Origin: Eledone cirrhosa | Taxonomy: Eukaryota | Assembly: GCA_964016885.1 (NCBI GenBank) | Contig: OZ024741.1 | Coordinates: 7,130,001-7,194,000, forward strand | DNA length: 64,000 nucleotides | Reading direction: 5' to 3' | Shown: piece after piece, positions 14,638 through 27,900 of the stretch | How the letters are laid out: each line of letters opens with the position of its first letter | How positions within the stretch are numbered: position 1 is the first letter of the stretch | Notes under the pieces: model-generated | Database searches by the model: none | What the model saw: only the letters and a program-made list of their open reading frames with translations | Told to the model about the DNA's origin: nothing | Translations under genes and position numbers: made by a program

Positions 14638-14903
14638 TTTTTAAAATTAAAAAAAATATATATATACATATATATATTTTTTTTTTAGATCGAATTTCGT
14701 CAAATCGGACCAAGGAAACAATGTTTCCATTGGTCTTTCCAATTGCTGATACTATCTATCGGTCGCAACTCCAGGTAGAAGGAGCAATGTGAAATAAAGT
14801 GTCTTGCTCAAGGACATAACGCATCACCCGATCCGGGAATCGAACTCATAACTTCACGATTGTGACCCAATCCTCTAACCAACTCAGCCATACGCCTTCA
14901 CAC
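14638..14903 (-). mobile_element. tRNA-derived SINE, copy 4
   Basis: Near-identical; shares the CGAATTTCG variant with copy 5. Confidence 0.9.
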
Positions 14904-16984
14904 GTTGAGGGTGTAAACAGGTTTAAACTAGGAATGTTAGGTAGAGGGTATAAATAGTTTTAAACTAGGAATGTTAGGTAGAGGGTATAAATAGGTTTAA
15001 AATAGGAATGTTAGGTAGAGGGTATAAACAGCTTTAAACTAGAAATGTTAGGTAGAGGGTATAAATAGGTTTAAAGTAGGAATGTTAGGTTGAAGGTATA
15101 AACAGGTTTAAACTAGGAATCTTAGGTAGAGGGTATAAACAGGTTTAAACTAGGAATGTTAGGTGGAGGGTATAAATGGGTTTAAAGTAGGAATGTTAGG
15201 TGAAGGCTATAAACAGGTTTAAACTAAGAGTGTTATGTGGAGGGTATAAATAGGTTTAAACTAGGAGTGTTAGGTGAGGGGTATAAATAGGTTTAAATTA
15301 GGAGTGTTAGGTGAAGGGTATAATTAGTTTTAAACTAGGAATGTTAGGTGGAGGGTATAAACAGTTTTAAAGTAGGAGTGTTAGATGAAGGCTATAAATA
15401 GGTTTAAACAAGGAATATTAGGTGGAGGGTATAAACAGGTTTAAACTAGGAGAGTTAGGTGGAGGGTATAAATAGGCTTAAACTAGGAATGTTATGTTGA
15501 GGGTATAAAAAGGTTTAAACTAGTAGTGTTAGGTGAAGGCTATAAATAGGTTTAAACTAGGAATATGAGGTGGAGGGTATAAACAGGTTTAAACTAGGAG
15601 TGTTAGGTGGAGGGATTAAATAGGTTTAAACTAGGAGTGTTAGGTGGAGGGTATAAATGGGTTTAAAGTAGGAATGTTAGGTGAAGGCTATAAACAGGTT
15701 TAAACTAAGAGTGTTATGTGGAGGGTATAAATAGGTTTAAACTAGGAGTGTTAGGTGAGGGGTATAAATAGGTTTAAATTAGGAGTGTTAGGTGAAGGGT
15801 ATAAATAGTTTTAAACTAGGAATGTTAGGTTGAGGGTATAAAAAGGTTTAAACTAGGAATGTTAGGTGGAGGGTATAAACATTTTTAAAGTAGGAGTGTT
15901 AGATGAAGGCTATAAATAGGTTTAAACAAGGAATATTAGGTGGAGGGTATAAACAGGTTTAAACTAGGAGAGTTAGGTGGAGGGTATAAATAGGCTTAAA
16001 CTAGGAATGTTATGTTGAGGTTATAAAAAGGTTTAAACTAGTAGTGTTAGGTGAAGGCTATAAATAGGTTTAAAATAGGAATATTAGGTGGTGGGTATAA
16101 ACAGGTTTAAACTAGGAGTGTTAGGTGGAGGTTATAAATAGGTTTAAACTAGGAGTGTTAGGTGAAGGCCATAAACAGGTTTAAACTAGGAATATTAGGT
16201 GGAGGGCATAAACAGGTTTAAACTAGGAATGTTAGGTGGAAGTTAAACATAGGTTTAAACTAGGAATGTTAGGTGGAGGGTATAAATAGGTTTAAACTAG
16301 GAATATTAGGTGGAGGGTATAAATATGTTTAAACTAGGAATGTTAGGTAGAAGGTATAAATAGGTTTAAACTAGAATGTTAGGTGGAGGGTATAAACAGG
16401 TTTAAACTAGGAGTGTTAGGTGGAGGGTATAAATAGGTTTAAACTAGGAATGTTAGGTGGAGGGTATAAATAGGTTTAAAGTAGGAATGTTAGGCGGAGG
16501 GTATAAACAGGTTTAAACTAGGAATGTTAGGTAGAGGGTATAAATAGGTTTAAACTAGTAATGTTAGGTGGAGGGTATAAACAGGTTTAAACTAGGAATG
16601 TTAGGTGGAGGGTATAAATAGGTTTAAAGTAGGAATGTTAGGTGAAGGCTATAAACAGGCTTAAAGTCAGAATGTTAGGTAGAGGGTATAAAAAGGTTTA
16701 ATCTAGGAATATTAGGTGGAGGGTATAAACAGGTTTAAAGTAGGAATGTTAGGTGGAGGGTATAAATAGGTTTAAACTAGGAAAGTTAGTGGAGGGTATA
16801 AACAGGTTATAACTAGGAGTGTTAGGTGGAGGGTATAAACAGGTTTAAACTAGGAAAGTTAGGTGGAGGGTATAAATAGGTTTAAACTAGGAATGTTAGG
16901 TGGAGGGTATAAAGAGGTTTGAACTAGAAATGTTAGGTAGAGGGTATAAACAGGTTTAAAGTAGTAATGTTAGGTAGAGGGTAT

Positions 16985-17250
16985 TTTTTAAAATTAAAAA
17001 AAATATATATATACATATATATATTTTTTTTTTAGATCGAATTTCGTCAAATCGGACCAAGGAAACAATGTTTCCATTGGTCTTTCCAATTGCTGATACT
17101 ATCTATCGGTCGCAACTCCAGGTAGAAGGAGCAATGTGAAATAAAGTGTCTTGCTCAAGGACATAACGCATCACCCGATCCGGGAATCGAACTCATAACT
17201 TCACGATTGTGACCCAATCCTCTAACCAACTCAGCCATACGCCTTCACAC
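16985..17250 (-). mobile_element. tRNA-derived SINE, copy 5
   Basis: Near-identical; starts 2347 bp after copy 4. Confidence 0.9.
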
Positions 17251-19331
17251 GTTGAGGGTGTAAACAGGTTTAAACTAGGAATGTTAGGTAGAGGGTATAA
17301 ATAGTTTTAAACTAGGAATGATAGGTAGAGGGTATAAATAGGTTTAAAATAGGAATGTTAGGTAGAGGGTATAAACAGCTTTAAACTAGAAATGTTAGGT
17401 AGAGGGTATAAATAGGTTTAAAGTAGGAATGTTAGGTTGAAGGTATAAACAGGTTTAAACTAGGAATCTTAGGTAGAGGGTATAAACAGGTTTAAACTAG
17501 GAATGTTAGGTGGAGGGTATAAATGGGTTTAAAGTAGGAATGTTAGGTGAAGGCTATAAACAGGTTTAAACTAAGAGTGTTATGTGGAGGGTATAAATAG
17601 GTTTAAACTAGGAGTGTTAGGTGAGGGGTATAAATAGGTTTAAATTAGGAGTGTTAGGTGAAGGGTATAATTAGTTTTAAACTAGGAATGTTAGGTGGAG
17701 GGTATAAACAGTTTTAAAGTAGGAGTGTTAGATGAAGGCTATAAATAGGTTTAAACAAGGAATATTAGGTGGAGGGTATAAACAGGTTTAAACTAGGAGA
17801 GTTAGGTGGAGGGTATAAATAGGCTTAAACTAGGAATGTTATGTTGAGGGTATAAAAAGGTTTAAACTAGTAGTGTTAGGTGAAGGCTATAAATAGGTTT
17901 AAACTAGGAATATGAGGTGGAGGGTATAAACAGGTTTAAACTAGGAGTGTTAGGTGGAGGGATTAAATAGGTTTAAACTAGGAGTGTTAGGTGGAGGGTA
18001 TAAATGGGTTTAAAGTAGGAATGTTAGGTGAAGGCTATAAACAGGTTTAAACTAAGAGTGTTATGTGGAGGGTATAAATAGGTTTAAACTAGGAGTGTTA
18101 GGTGAGGGGTATAAATAGGTTTAAATTAGGAGTGTTAGGTGAAGGGTATAAATAGTTTTAAACTAGGAATGTTAGGTTGAGGGTATAAAAAGGTTTAAAC
18201 TAGGAATGTTAGGTGGAGGGTATAAACATTTTTAAAGTAGGAGTGTTAGATGAAGGCTATAAATAGGTTTAAACAAGGAATATTAGGTGGAGGGTATAAA
18301 CAGGTTTAAACTAGGAGAGTTAGGTGGAGGGTATAAATAGGCTTAAACTAGGAATGTTATGTTGAGGTTATAAAAAGGTTTAAACTAGTAGTGTTAGGTG
18401 AAGGCTATAAATAGGTTTAAAATAGGAATATTAGGTGGTGGGTATAAACAGGTTTAAACTAGGAGTGTTAGGTGGAGGTTATAAATAGGTTTAAACTAGG
18501 AGTGTTAGGTGAAGGCCATAAACAGGTTTAAACTAGGAATATTAGGTGGAGGGCATAAACAGGTTTAAACTAGGAATGTTAGGTGGAAGTTAAACATAGG
18601 TTTAAACTAGGAATGTTAGGTGGAGGGTATAAATAGGTTTAAACTAGGAATATTAGGTGGAGGGTATAAATATGTTTAAACTAGGAATGTTAGGTAGAAG
18701 GTATAAATAGGTTTAAACTAGAATGTTAGGTGGAGGGTATAAACAGGTTTAAACTAGGAGTGTTAGGTGGAGGGTATAAATAGGTTTAAACTAGGAATGT
18801 TAGGTGGAGGGTATAAATAGGTTTAAAGTAGGAATGTTAGGCGGAGGGTATAAACAGGTTTAAACTAGGAATGTTAGGTAGAGGGTATAAATAGGTTTAA
18901 ACTAGTAATGTTAGGTGGAGGGTATAAACAGGTTTAAACTAGGAATGTTAGGTGGAGGGTATAAATAGGTTTAAAGTAGGAATGTTAGGTGAAGGCTATA
19001 AACAGGCTTAAAGTCAGAATGTTAGGTAGAGGGTATAAAAAGGTTTAATCTAGGAATATTAGGTGGAGGGTATAAACAGGTTTAAAGTAGGAATGTTAGG
19101 TGGAGGGTATAAATAGGTTTAAACTAGGAAAGTTAGTGGAGGGTATAAACAGGTTATAACTAGGAGTGGTAGGTGGAGGGTATAAACAGGTTTAAACTAG
19201 GAAAGTTAGGTGGAGGGTATAAATAGGTTTAAACTAGGAATGTTAGGTGGAGGGTATAAACAGGTTTAAACTAGAAATGTTAGGTAGAGGGTATAGACAG
19301 GTTTAAAGTAGGAATGTTAGGTAGAGGGTAT

Positions 19332-19596
19332 TTTTTAAAATTAAAAAAATATATATATACATATATATATTTTTTTTTTAGATCGACTTTCGTCAAATCG
19401 GACCAAGGAAACAATGTTTCCATTGGTCTTTCCAATTGCTGATACTATCTATCGGTCGCAACTCCAGGTAGAAGGAGCAATGTGAAATAAAGTGTCTTGC
19501 TCAAGTACATAACGCATCACCCGATCCGGGAATCGAACTCATAACTTCACGATTGTGACCCAATCCTCTAACCAACTCAGCCATACGCCTTCACAC
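19332..19596 (-). mobile_element. tRNA-derived SINE, copy 6
   Basis: Near-identical; starts 2347 bp after copy 5. Confidence 0.9.
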
Positions 19597-21641
19597 GCTG
19601 AGGGTGTAAACAGGTTTAAACTAGGAATGTTAGGTAGAGGGTATAAATAGGTTTAAACTAGGAATGTTAGGTAGAGGGTATAAATAGGTTTAAAATAGGA
19701 ATGTTAGGTAGAGGGTATAAACAGGTTTAAACTAGGAATGTTAGGTGGAGGGTATAAACAGCTTTAAACTAGAAATGTTAGGTAGAGGGTATAAATAGGT
19801 TTAAAGTAGGAATGTTAGGTTGAAGGTATAAACAGTTTTAAACTAGGAATGTTAGGTAGAGGGTATAAACAGGTTAAAACTAGGAATGTTAGGTGGAGGG
19901 TATAAATGGGTTTAAAGTAGGAATGTTAGGTGAAGGCTATAAACAGGTTTAAACTAAGAGTGTTATGTGGAGGGTATAAATAGGTTTAAACTAGGAGTGT
20001 TAGGTGAGGGGTATAAATAGGTTTAAAGTAGGAGTGTTAGGTGAAGGGTATAAATAGTTTTAAACTAGGAATGTTAGCTGGAGGGTGTAAATAGGTTTAA
20101 ACTAGGAATGTTAGGTGGAGTGTATAAACAGTTTTAAGTAGGAGTGTTAGATGAAGGCTATAAATAGGTTTAAACAAGGAATATTAGGTGGAGGGTATAA
20201 ACAGGTTTAAACTAGGAGAGTTAGGTGGAGGGTATAAATAGGCTTAAACTAGGAATGTTATGTTGAGGGTATAAAAAGGTTTAAACTAGTAGTGTTAGGT
20301 GAAGGCTATGAATAGGTTTAAACTAGGAATATTAGGTGGAGGGTATAAACAGGTTTAAACTAGGAGTGTTAGGTGGAGGGTATAAATAGGTTTAAACTAG
20401 GAGTGTTAGGTGAAGGCCATAAACAGGTTTAAACTAGGAGTATTAGGTGGAGGGTATAAATAGGTTTAAACTAGGATTGTTAGGTTCAACGTATAAATAG
20501 GTTTAAACTAGGAGTGTTAGAGGAAGGCTATAAATAGGTTTAAACTAGGAATATTAGGTGGAGGGGATAAATAGGTTTAAACTAGGAGTGTTAGGTGGAG
20601 GGTATAAACAGGTTTAAATTAGGAGTGTTATCTAGAGGGTATAAATAGGTTTAAAGTAGGAATGTTAGGTAGAGGGTATAAATAGGTTTAAACCAGGAAT
20701 GTTAGGTGGAGGGTATAAATAGTTTTAAACTAGGAATGTTAGGTGGAGGGTATAAATAGGTTTAAATTATGAATGTTAGGTAGAGGGTATAAACAGGTTT
20801 AAATTAGGAATATTAGGTGAAGGGTATAAATAGGTTTAAACTAGGAATGATAGGTAGAGGGTATAAACAGGTTTAAACTAGGAATGTTAGGTGGAGGGTA
20901 TAAATAGGCTTAATCTAGAAATGTTAGGTAGAGGGTATAAATAGGTTTAAAGTAGGAATGTTAGGTTGAGGGTATAAATAGGTTTAAACTAGGAATGTTA
21001 CGTAGAGGGTATAAATAGGTTTAAACTAGGAATGTTAGGTAGAGGGTATAAACAGGTTTAAAGTGGGAATGTTAGGTGAAGGGTATAAACAGGTTTAAAC
21101 TAGGAATGTTAGGTGGAGGGTATAAATGGGTTTAAAGTAGGAATGTTAGGTGAAGGCTATAAACAGGTTTAAACTAGGAGTGTTAGGTGGAGGGTATAAA
21201 TAGGTTTAAACTAGGAGTGTTAGGTGAAGGGTATAAATAGGTTTAAAGTAGGAGTGTTAGGTGAAGGGTATAAATAGGTTTAAACCAGGAAAGTTAGGTG
21301 GAGGGTATAAATAGGTTTAAACTAGGAATGTTAGGTGGAGGGTATAAACAGGTTTAAAGTAGGAATGTTAGGTGAAGGGTATAAACAGGCTTAAAGTCGG
21401 AATGTTATGTAGAGGGTATAAACAGGTTTAATCTAGGAATATTAGGTGGAGGGTATAAATAGGTTTAAAGTAGGAATGTTAGGTGGAGGGTATAAATAGG
21501 TTTAAACTAGGAAAGTTAGGTGGAGTGTATAAACAGGTTTAAACTAGGAATGTTAGGTGGAGGGTATAAACAGGTTTAAACTAGAAATGTTAGGTAGAGG
21601 GTATAAACAGGTTTAAAGTGGGAATGTTAGGTTGAGGGTGT

Positions 21642-21908
21642 TTTTTAAAATTAAAAAAAATATATATATACATATATATATATTTTTTTAGATCGACTTT
21701 CGTCAAATCGGACCAAGGAAACAATGTTTCCATTGGTCTTTCCAATTGCTGATACTATCTATCGGTCGCAACTCCAGGTAGAAGGAGCAATGTGAAATAA
21801 AGTGTCTTGCTCAAGGACATAACGGATCACCCGATCCGGGAATCGAACTCATAACCTCACGATTGTGAACCCAATTCTCAGAACCAACTCAGCCATACGC
21901 CTTCACAC
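21642..21908 (-). mobile_element. tRNA-derived SINE, copy 7
   Basis: Near-identical; carries the GTGAACCC variant shared with copies 8 and 9, plus private changes. Confidence 0.9.
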
Positions 21909-24900
21909 GTTGAGGGTATAAATAGGTTTAAACTAGGAACGTTAGGTAGAGGGTATAAATAGGTTTAAACTAGGAATGTTAGGTAGAGGGTATAAATAGG
22001 TTTAAAGTAGGAATGTTAGGTAGAGGGTATAAACAGGTTTAAACTAGGAATGTTAGGTGGAGGGTATGAATAGGTTTAAAGTAGGAATGTTAGGTGGAAG
22101 GTACAAATGGGTTTAAAGTAGGAAAGTTAGGTGAAGGCTATAAACAGGTTTAAACTAGGAGTGTTAGGTGGAGGGTATAAATAGGTTTAAACTAGGAGTG
22201 TTAGGTGAAGGGTATAAATAGGTTTAAAGTAGGAGTGTTAGGTGAAGGGTATAAACAGGTTTAAACTAGGAAAGTTAGGTGGAGGGTATAAATAGGTTTA
22301 AACTAGGAATGTTAGGTGGAGGGTATAAAAAGTTTTAAACTAAGAAAGTTAGGTGGAGGGTATAAATAGGTTTAAAGTAGGAATGTTAGGTGGTGGGTAT
22401 AAACAGGTTTAAACTAGGAAAGTTAAGTGGAGGGTATAAACAGGTTATAACTACGAGTGTTAGGTGGAGGATATAAATAGGTTTAAACTAGGACTGTAAG
22501 GTGGAGGGTATAAATAGGTTTAAACTAGGAGTGTTAGGTGAAGGCCATAAATAGGTTTAAACTAGGAATATTACGTGGAGGGTATGAATAGGTTTAAACT
22601 AGGAATGTTAGATGGAGGTTAAAAATAGGTTTAAACTAGGAATGTTAGGTGGAGGGTATAAACAGGTTTAAACAAGGAATGTTAGGTGGAGGGTATAAAT
22701 ATGTTTAAACTAGGAATGTTAGGTGGAGGGTATAAATAGGTATAAACTAGGAATGTTAGGTGGAGGGTATAAACAGTTTTAAACCAGGAGTGTTAGGCGG
22801 AGGGTATAAACAGGTTTAAACTAGGAATGTTAGGTAGAGGGTATAAACAGGTTTAAAGTAGGAATGTTAGGTAGAGTGTATAAACAGGTTTAAAGTAGGA
22901 ATGTTAGGTGGAGGGTATAAATAGGTTTAAAGTAGGAATGTTAGGTGAAGGGTATAAATAGGTTTAAACTAGGAATGTTAGGTGGAGGGTATCAACAGGT
23001 TTAAACTAGACATGTTAGGTGGAAGGTATAAATAGGTTTAAAGTAGGAATGTTAGGTAGAGGGTATGAATAGGTTTAAAGTAGGAATGTTAGGTGGAAGG
23101 TATAAATGGGTTTAAAGTAGGAATGTTAGGTGAAGGCTATAAACAGGTTTAAACTAGGAGTGTTAGGTGTAGGGTATAAATAGGGTTTAAACTAGGAGTG
23201 TTGGGTGAAGGGTATAAATAGGTTTAAAGTAGGAGTGTTAGGTGAAGGGTATAAACAGGTTTAAACTAGGAAAGTTAGGTGGAGGGTATAAATAGGTTTA
23301 AAGTAGGAATGTTAGGTGGTGGGTATAAATATGTTTAAACTAGGAATGTTAGGTGGAGGGTATAAATAGGTTTAAAGTAGGAATGTTAGGTGGAGGGTAT
23401 AAACAGGTTTAATCTAGGAATGTTAGTTGGAGGGTATAAATAGTTTTAAACTAGGAGTGTTAGGTGAAGACTATAACTAGGTTTAAACTAGGAATATTTT
23501 AATGTGGAGGGTATAAATAGGTTTAAACTAGGAGTGTTAGGTGGAGGGTATAAAGAGGTTTAAACTAGGAATGTTAGGTGGAGGGTATAAATAGTTTTAA
23601 ACTAGGAGTGTTAGGTGAAGGCTATAACTAGGTTTAAACTAGGAATATTAGGTGGAGGGTATAAATATGTTTAAACTAGGAGTGTTAGGTGGAGGGTATA
23701 AAGAGGTTTAAAATAGGAATGTTAGGTGGAGGGTATAAACAGGTTTAAACTAGGAGAGTTAGGTGGAGGGTATAAATAGGCTTAAACTAGGAATGTTAGG
23801 TGGAGGTTAAAAATAGGTTTAAACTAGGAATGTTAGGTGGAGGGTATAAATAGGTTTAAACTAGGAATGTTATGTTGAGGATATAAACAGGTTTAAACTA
23901 GGAGTTTTATGTGAAGGCTTTAAATAGGTTTAAACTAGGAATATTGGGTGGAGGGTATAAATAGGCTTAAACTAGGAGTGTTAGGTGGAGGGTATAAACA
24001 GGTTTAAACTAGGAGTGTTAGGTGAAGGCCATAAATAGGTTTAAACTAGGAATGTTAGGTAGAGGGTATAAACAGGTTTAAACTAGGAATGTTAGGTGGA
24101 GGGTATGAATAGGTTTAAAGTAGGAATGTTAGGTGGAAGGTATAAATGGGTTTAAAGTAGGAATGTTAGGGGAAGGCTATAAACAGGTTTAAACTAGGAG
24201 TGTTAGGTGGAGGGTATAAACAGGTTTAAACTAGGAGTGTTAGGTGGAGGGTATAAATAGGTTTAAACTAGGAGTGTTAGGTGAAGGCCATAAATAGGTT
24301 TAAACTAGGAATGTTAGATGGAGGTTAAAAATAGGTTTAAACTAGGAATGTTAGGTGGAGGGTACAAATATGTTTAAACTAGGAATGTTAGGTAGAAGGT
24401 ATAAATAGGTTTAAACTAGGAATGTTAGGTGGAGTGTATAAATAGGTTTAAACTAGGAGTGTTATGTGGAGGGTATGAACAGGTTTAAACTAGGAATGTT
24501 AGGTGGAGGTTATAAATAGGTTTAAAGTAGGAGTGTTAGGTAGAGGGTATAAATAGGTTTAAAGTAGGAATGTTAGGTAGACGGTATAAACAGGTTTAAA
24601 CTAGGAATGTTAGGTGGAGGGTATAAATAGGTTTAAACTAGGAATGTTAGGTGGAGGGTATAAACAGGTTTAAACTAGGAATGTTAGGTGGAGGGTATAA
24701 ACAGTTTTAAACTAGGAATGTTAGGTAGAGGGTATAAAGAGGTTTCAAGTAGGAATGTTAGTCGGAGGGTATAAATAGGTTTAAACTAGGAATGTTAGGT
24801 AGAGGGTATAAACAGTTTTAAAGTAGGAACATTAGGTAGAGTGTATAAACAGGTTTAAAGTAGGAATGTTAGGTGGAGGGTATAAATAGGTTTAAAGTAG

Positions 24901-27900
24901 GAATTTTAGGTGAAGGTTATAAATAGGTTTAAACTAGGAATGTTAGGTAGAGGGTATAAACAGGTTTAAACTAGGAATGTTAGGTGGAGGGTATAAACAG
25001 GTTTAAACTAGAAATGTTAGGTAGAGGGTATAAATAGGTTTAAAGTAGGAATGTTAGGTTGAGGGTATAAACACGTTTAAACTAGGAATGTTAGGTAGAG
25101 GGTATAAATAAGTTTAAACTAGGAATGTTAGGTGGAGGGTATAAATGGGTTTAAAGTAGGAATGTTAGGTGAAGGCTATAAACAGGTTTAAACTAGGAGT
25201 GTTAGGTGGAGGGTATAAATAGGTTTAAACTAGGAGTGTTAGGTGAAGGGTATAAATAGGTTTAAACTAGAAATGTTAGGTGGAGGGTATAAACAGGTTT
25301 AAACTAGGAGAGTTAGGTGGAGGGTATAAATAGGCTTAAACTAGGAATGTTAGGTGGAGGTTAAAAATAGGTTTAAACTAGGAATGTTAGGTGGAGGGTA
25401 TAAAGAGGTTTAAACTAGGAATGTTAGGTGGAGGTTATAAACAGGTTTAAACTAGGAGAGTTAGGTGGAGGGTATAAATAGGCTGAAACTAGGAATGTTA
25501 GGTGGAGGTTAAAAATAGGTTTAAACTAGGAATGTTAGGTGGAGGGTATAAACAGGTTTAAACTAGGAATGTTAGGTTGAGGATATAAACAGGTTTAAAC
25601 TAGGAGTTTTAGGTGAAGGCTTTAAATAGGTTTAAACTAGGAATATTGGGTGGAGGGTATAAATAGGTTTAAACTAGGAGTGTTAGGTGGAGGGTATAAA
25701 CAGGTTTAAACTAGGAGTGTTAGGTGAAGGCCATAAATAGGTTTAAACTAGGAATGTTAGGTAGAGGGTATAAACAGGTTTAAACTAGGAATGTTAGGTG
25801 GACGGTATGAATAGGTTTAAAGTAGGAATGTTAGGTGGAAGGTATAAATGGGTTTAAAGTAGGAATGTTAGGGGAAGGCTATAAACAGGTTTAAACTAGG
25901 AGTGTTAGGTGGAGGGTATAAACAGGTTTAAACTAGGAGTGTTAGGTGGAGGGTATAAATAGGTTTAAACAAGGAGTGTTAGGTGAAGGCCATAAATAGG
26001 TTTAAACTAGGAATGTTAGATGGAGGTTAAAAATAGGTTTAAACTAGGAATGTTAGGTGGAGGGTACAAATATTTTTAAACTAGGAATGTTAGGTAGAAG
26101 GTATAAATAGGTTTAAACTAGGAATGTGAGGTGGAGTGTATGAATAGGTTTAAACTAGGAGTGTTAGTTGGAGGGTATAAATAGATTTAAACTAGGAATG
26201 TTAGGTGGAGGGTTTAAATAGGTTTAAAGTAGGAGTGTTAGGTAGAGGGTATAAATAGGTTTAAAGTAGGAATGTTAGGTAGACGGTATAAACAGGTTTA
26301 AACTAGGAATGTTAGGTGGAGGGTATAAATAGGTTTAAACTAGGAATGTTAGGTGAAGGCCATAAATAGGTTTAAACTAGGAATGTTAGATGGAGGTTAA
26401 AAATAGGTTTAAACTAGGAATGTTAGGTGGAGGGTACAAATATGTTTAAACTAGGAATGTTAGGTAGAAGGTATAAATAGGTTTAAACTAGGAATGTTAG
26501 GTGGAGTGTATAAATAGGTTTAAACTAGGAGTGTTATGTGGAGGGTATGAACAGGTTTAAACTAGGAATGTTAGGTGGAGGTTAAAAATAGGTTTAAACT
26601 AGGAATGTTAGGTGGAGGGTACAAATATGTTTAAACTAGGAATGTTAGGTAGAAGGTATAAATAGGTTTAAACTAGGAATGTTAGGTGGAGTGTATAAAT
26701 AGGTTTAAACTAGGAGTGTTATGTGGAGGGTATGAACAGGTTTAAACTAGGAATGTTAGGTGGAGGTTATAAATAGGTTTAAAGTAGGAGTGTTAGGTAG
26801 AGGGTATAAATAGGTTTAAAGTAGGAATGTTAGGTAGACGGTATAAACAGGTTTAAACTAGGAATGTTAGGTAGAGGGTATAAACAGTTTTAAAGTAGGA
26901 ACATTAGGTAGAGTGTATAAACAGGTTTAAAGTAGGAATGTTAGGTGGAGGGTATAAATAGGTTTAAAGTAGGAATTTTAGGTGAAGGTTATAAATAGGT
27001 TTAAACTAGGAATGTTAGGTAGAGGGTATAAACAGGTTTAAACTAGGAATGTTAGGTGGAGGGTATAAACAGGTTTGAACTAGAAATGTTAGGTAGAGGG
27101 TATAAATAGGTTTAAAGTAGGAATGTTAGGTTGAGGGTATAAACAGGTTTAAACTAGGAATGTTAGGTAGAGGGTATAAATAGGTTTAAACTAGGAATGT
27201 TAGGTGGAGGGTATAAATGGGTTTAAAGTAGGAATGTTAGGTGAAGGCTATAAACAGGTTTAAACTAGGAGTGTTAGGTGGAGGGTATAAATAGGTTTAA
27301 ACTAGGAGTGTTAGGTGAAGGGTATAAATAGGTTTAAACTAGAAATGTTAGGTGGAGGGTATAAACAGGTTTAAACTAGGAGAGTTAGGTGGAGGGTATA
27401 AATAGGCTTAAACTAGGAATGTTAGGTGGAGGTTAAAAATAGGTTTAAACTAGGAATGTTAGGTGGAGGGTATAAAGAGGTTTAAACTAGGAATGTTAGG
27501 TGGAGGTTATAAACAGGTTTAAACTAGGAGAGTTAGGTGGAGGGTATAAATAGGCTTAAACTAGGAATGTTAGGTGGAGGTTAAAAATAGGTTTAAACTA
27601 GGAATGTTAGGTGGAGGGTATAAACAGGTTTAAACTAGGAATGTTAGGTTGAGGATATAAACAGGTTTAAACTAGAAGTTTTAGGTGAAGGCTTTAAATA
27701 GGTTTAAACTAGGAATATTGGGTGGAGGGTATAAATAGGTTTAAACTAGGAGTGTTAGGTGGAGGGTATAAACAGGTTTAAACTAGGAGTGTTAGGTGAA
27801 GGCCATAAATAGGTTTAAACTAGGAATGTTAGCTGGAGGGTATAAACAGGTTTAAACTAGAAATGTTAGGTAGAGGGTATAAATAGGTTTAAAGTAGGAA

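Larger units (their letters stand above)
14200..19600 (+). repeat. 2347-bp higher-order repeat (about 56 monomers + one SINE), about 2.3 copies; limits approximate
   Basis: SINE starts at 14638, 16985 and 19332 are equally spaced. Rare monomer variants (GGGATTAAA, AATATGAGG, CTAGAATGTT deletion, GTGGTGGG) recur at the same offset. Confidence 0.85.
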
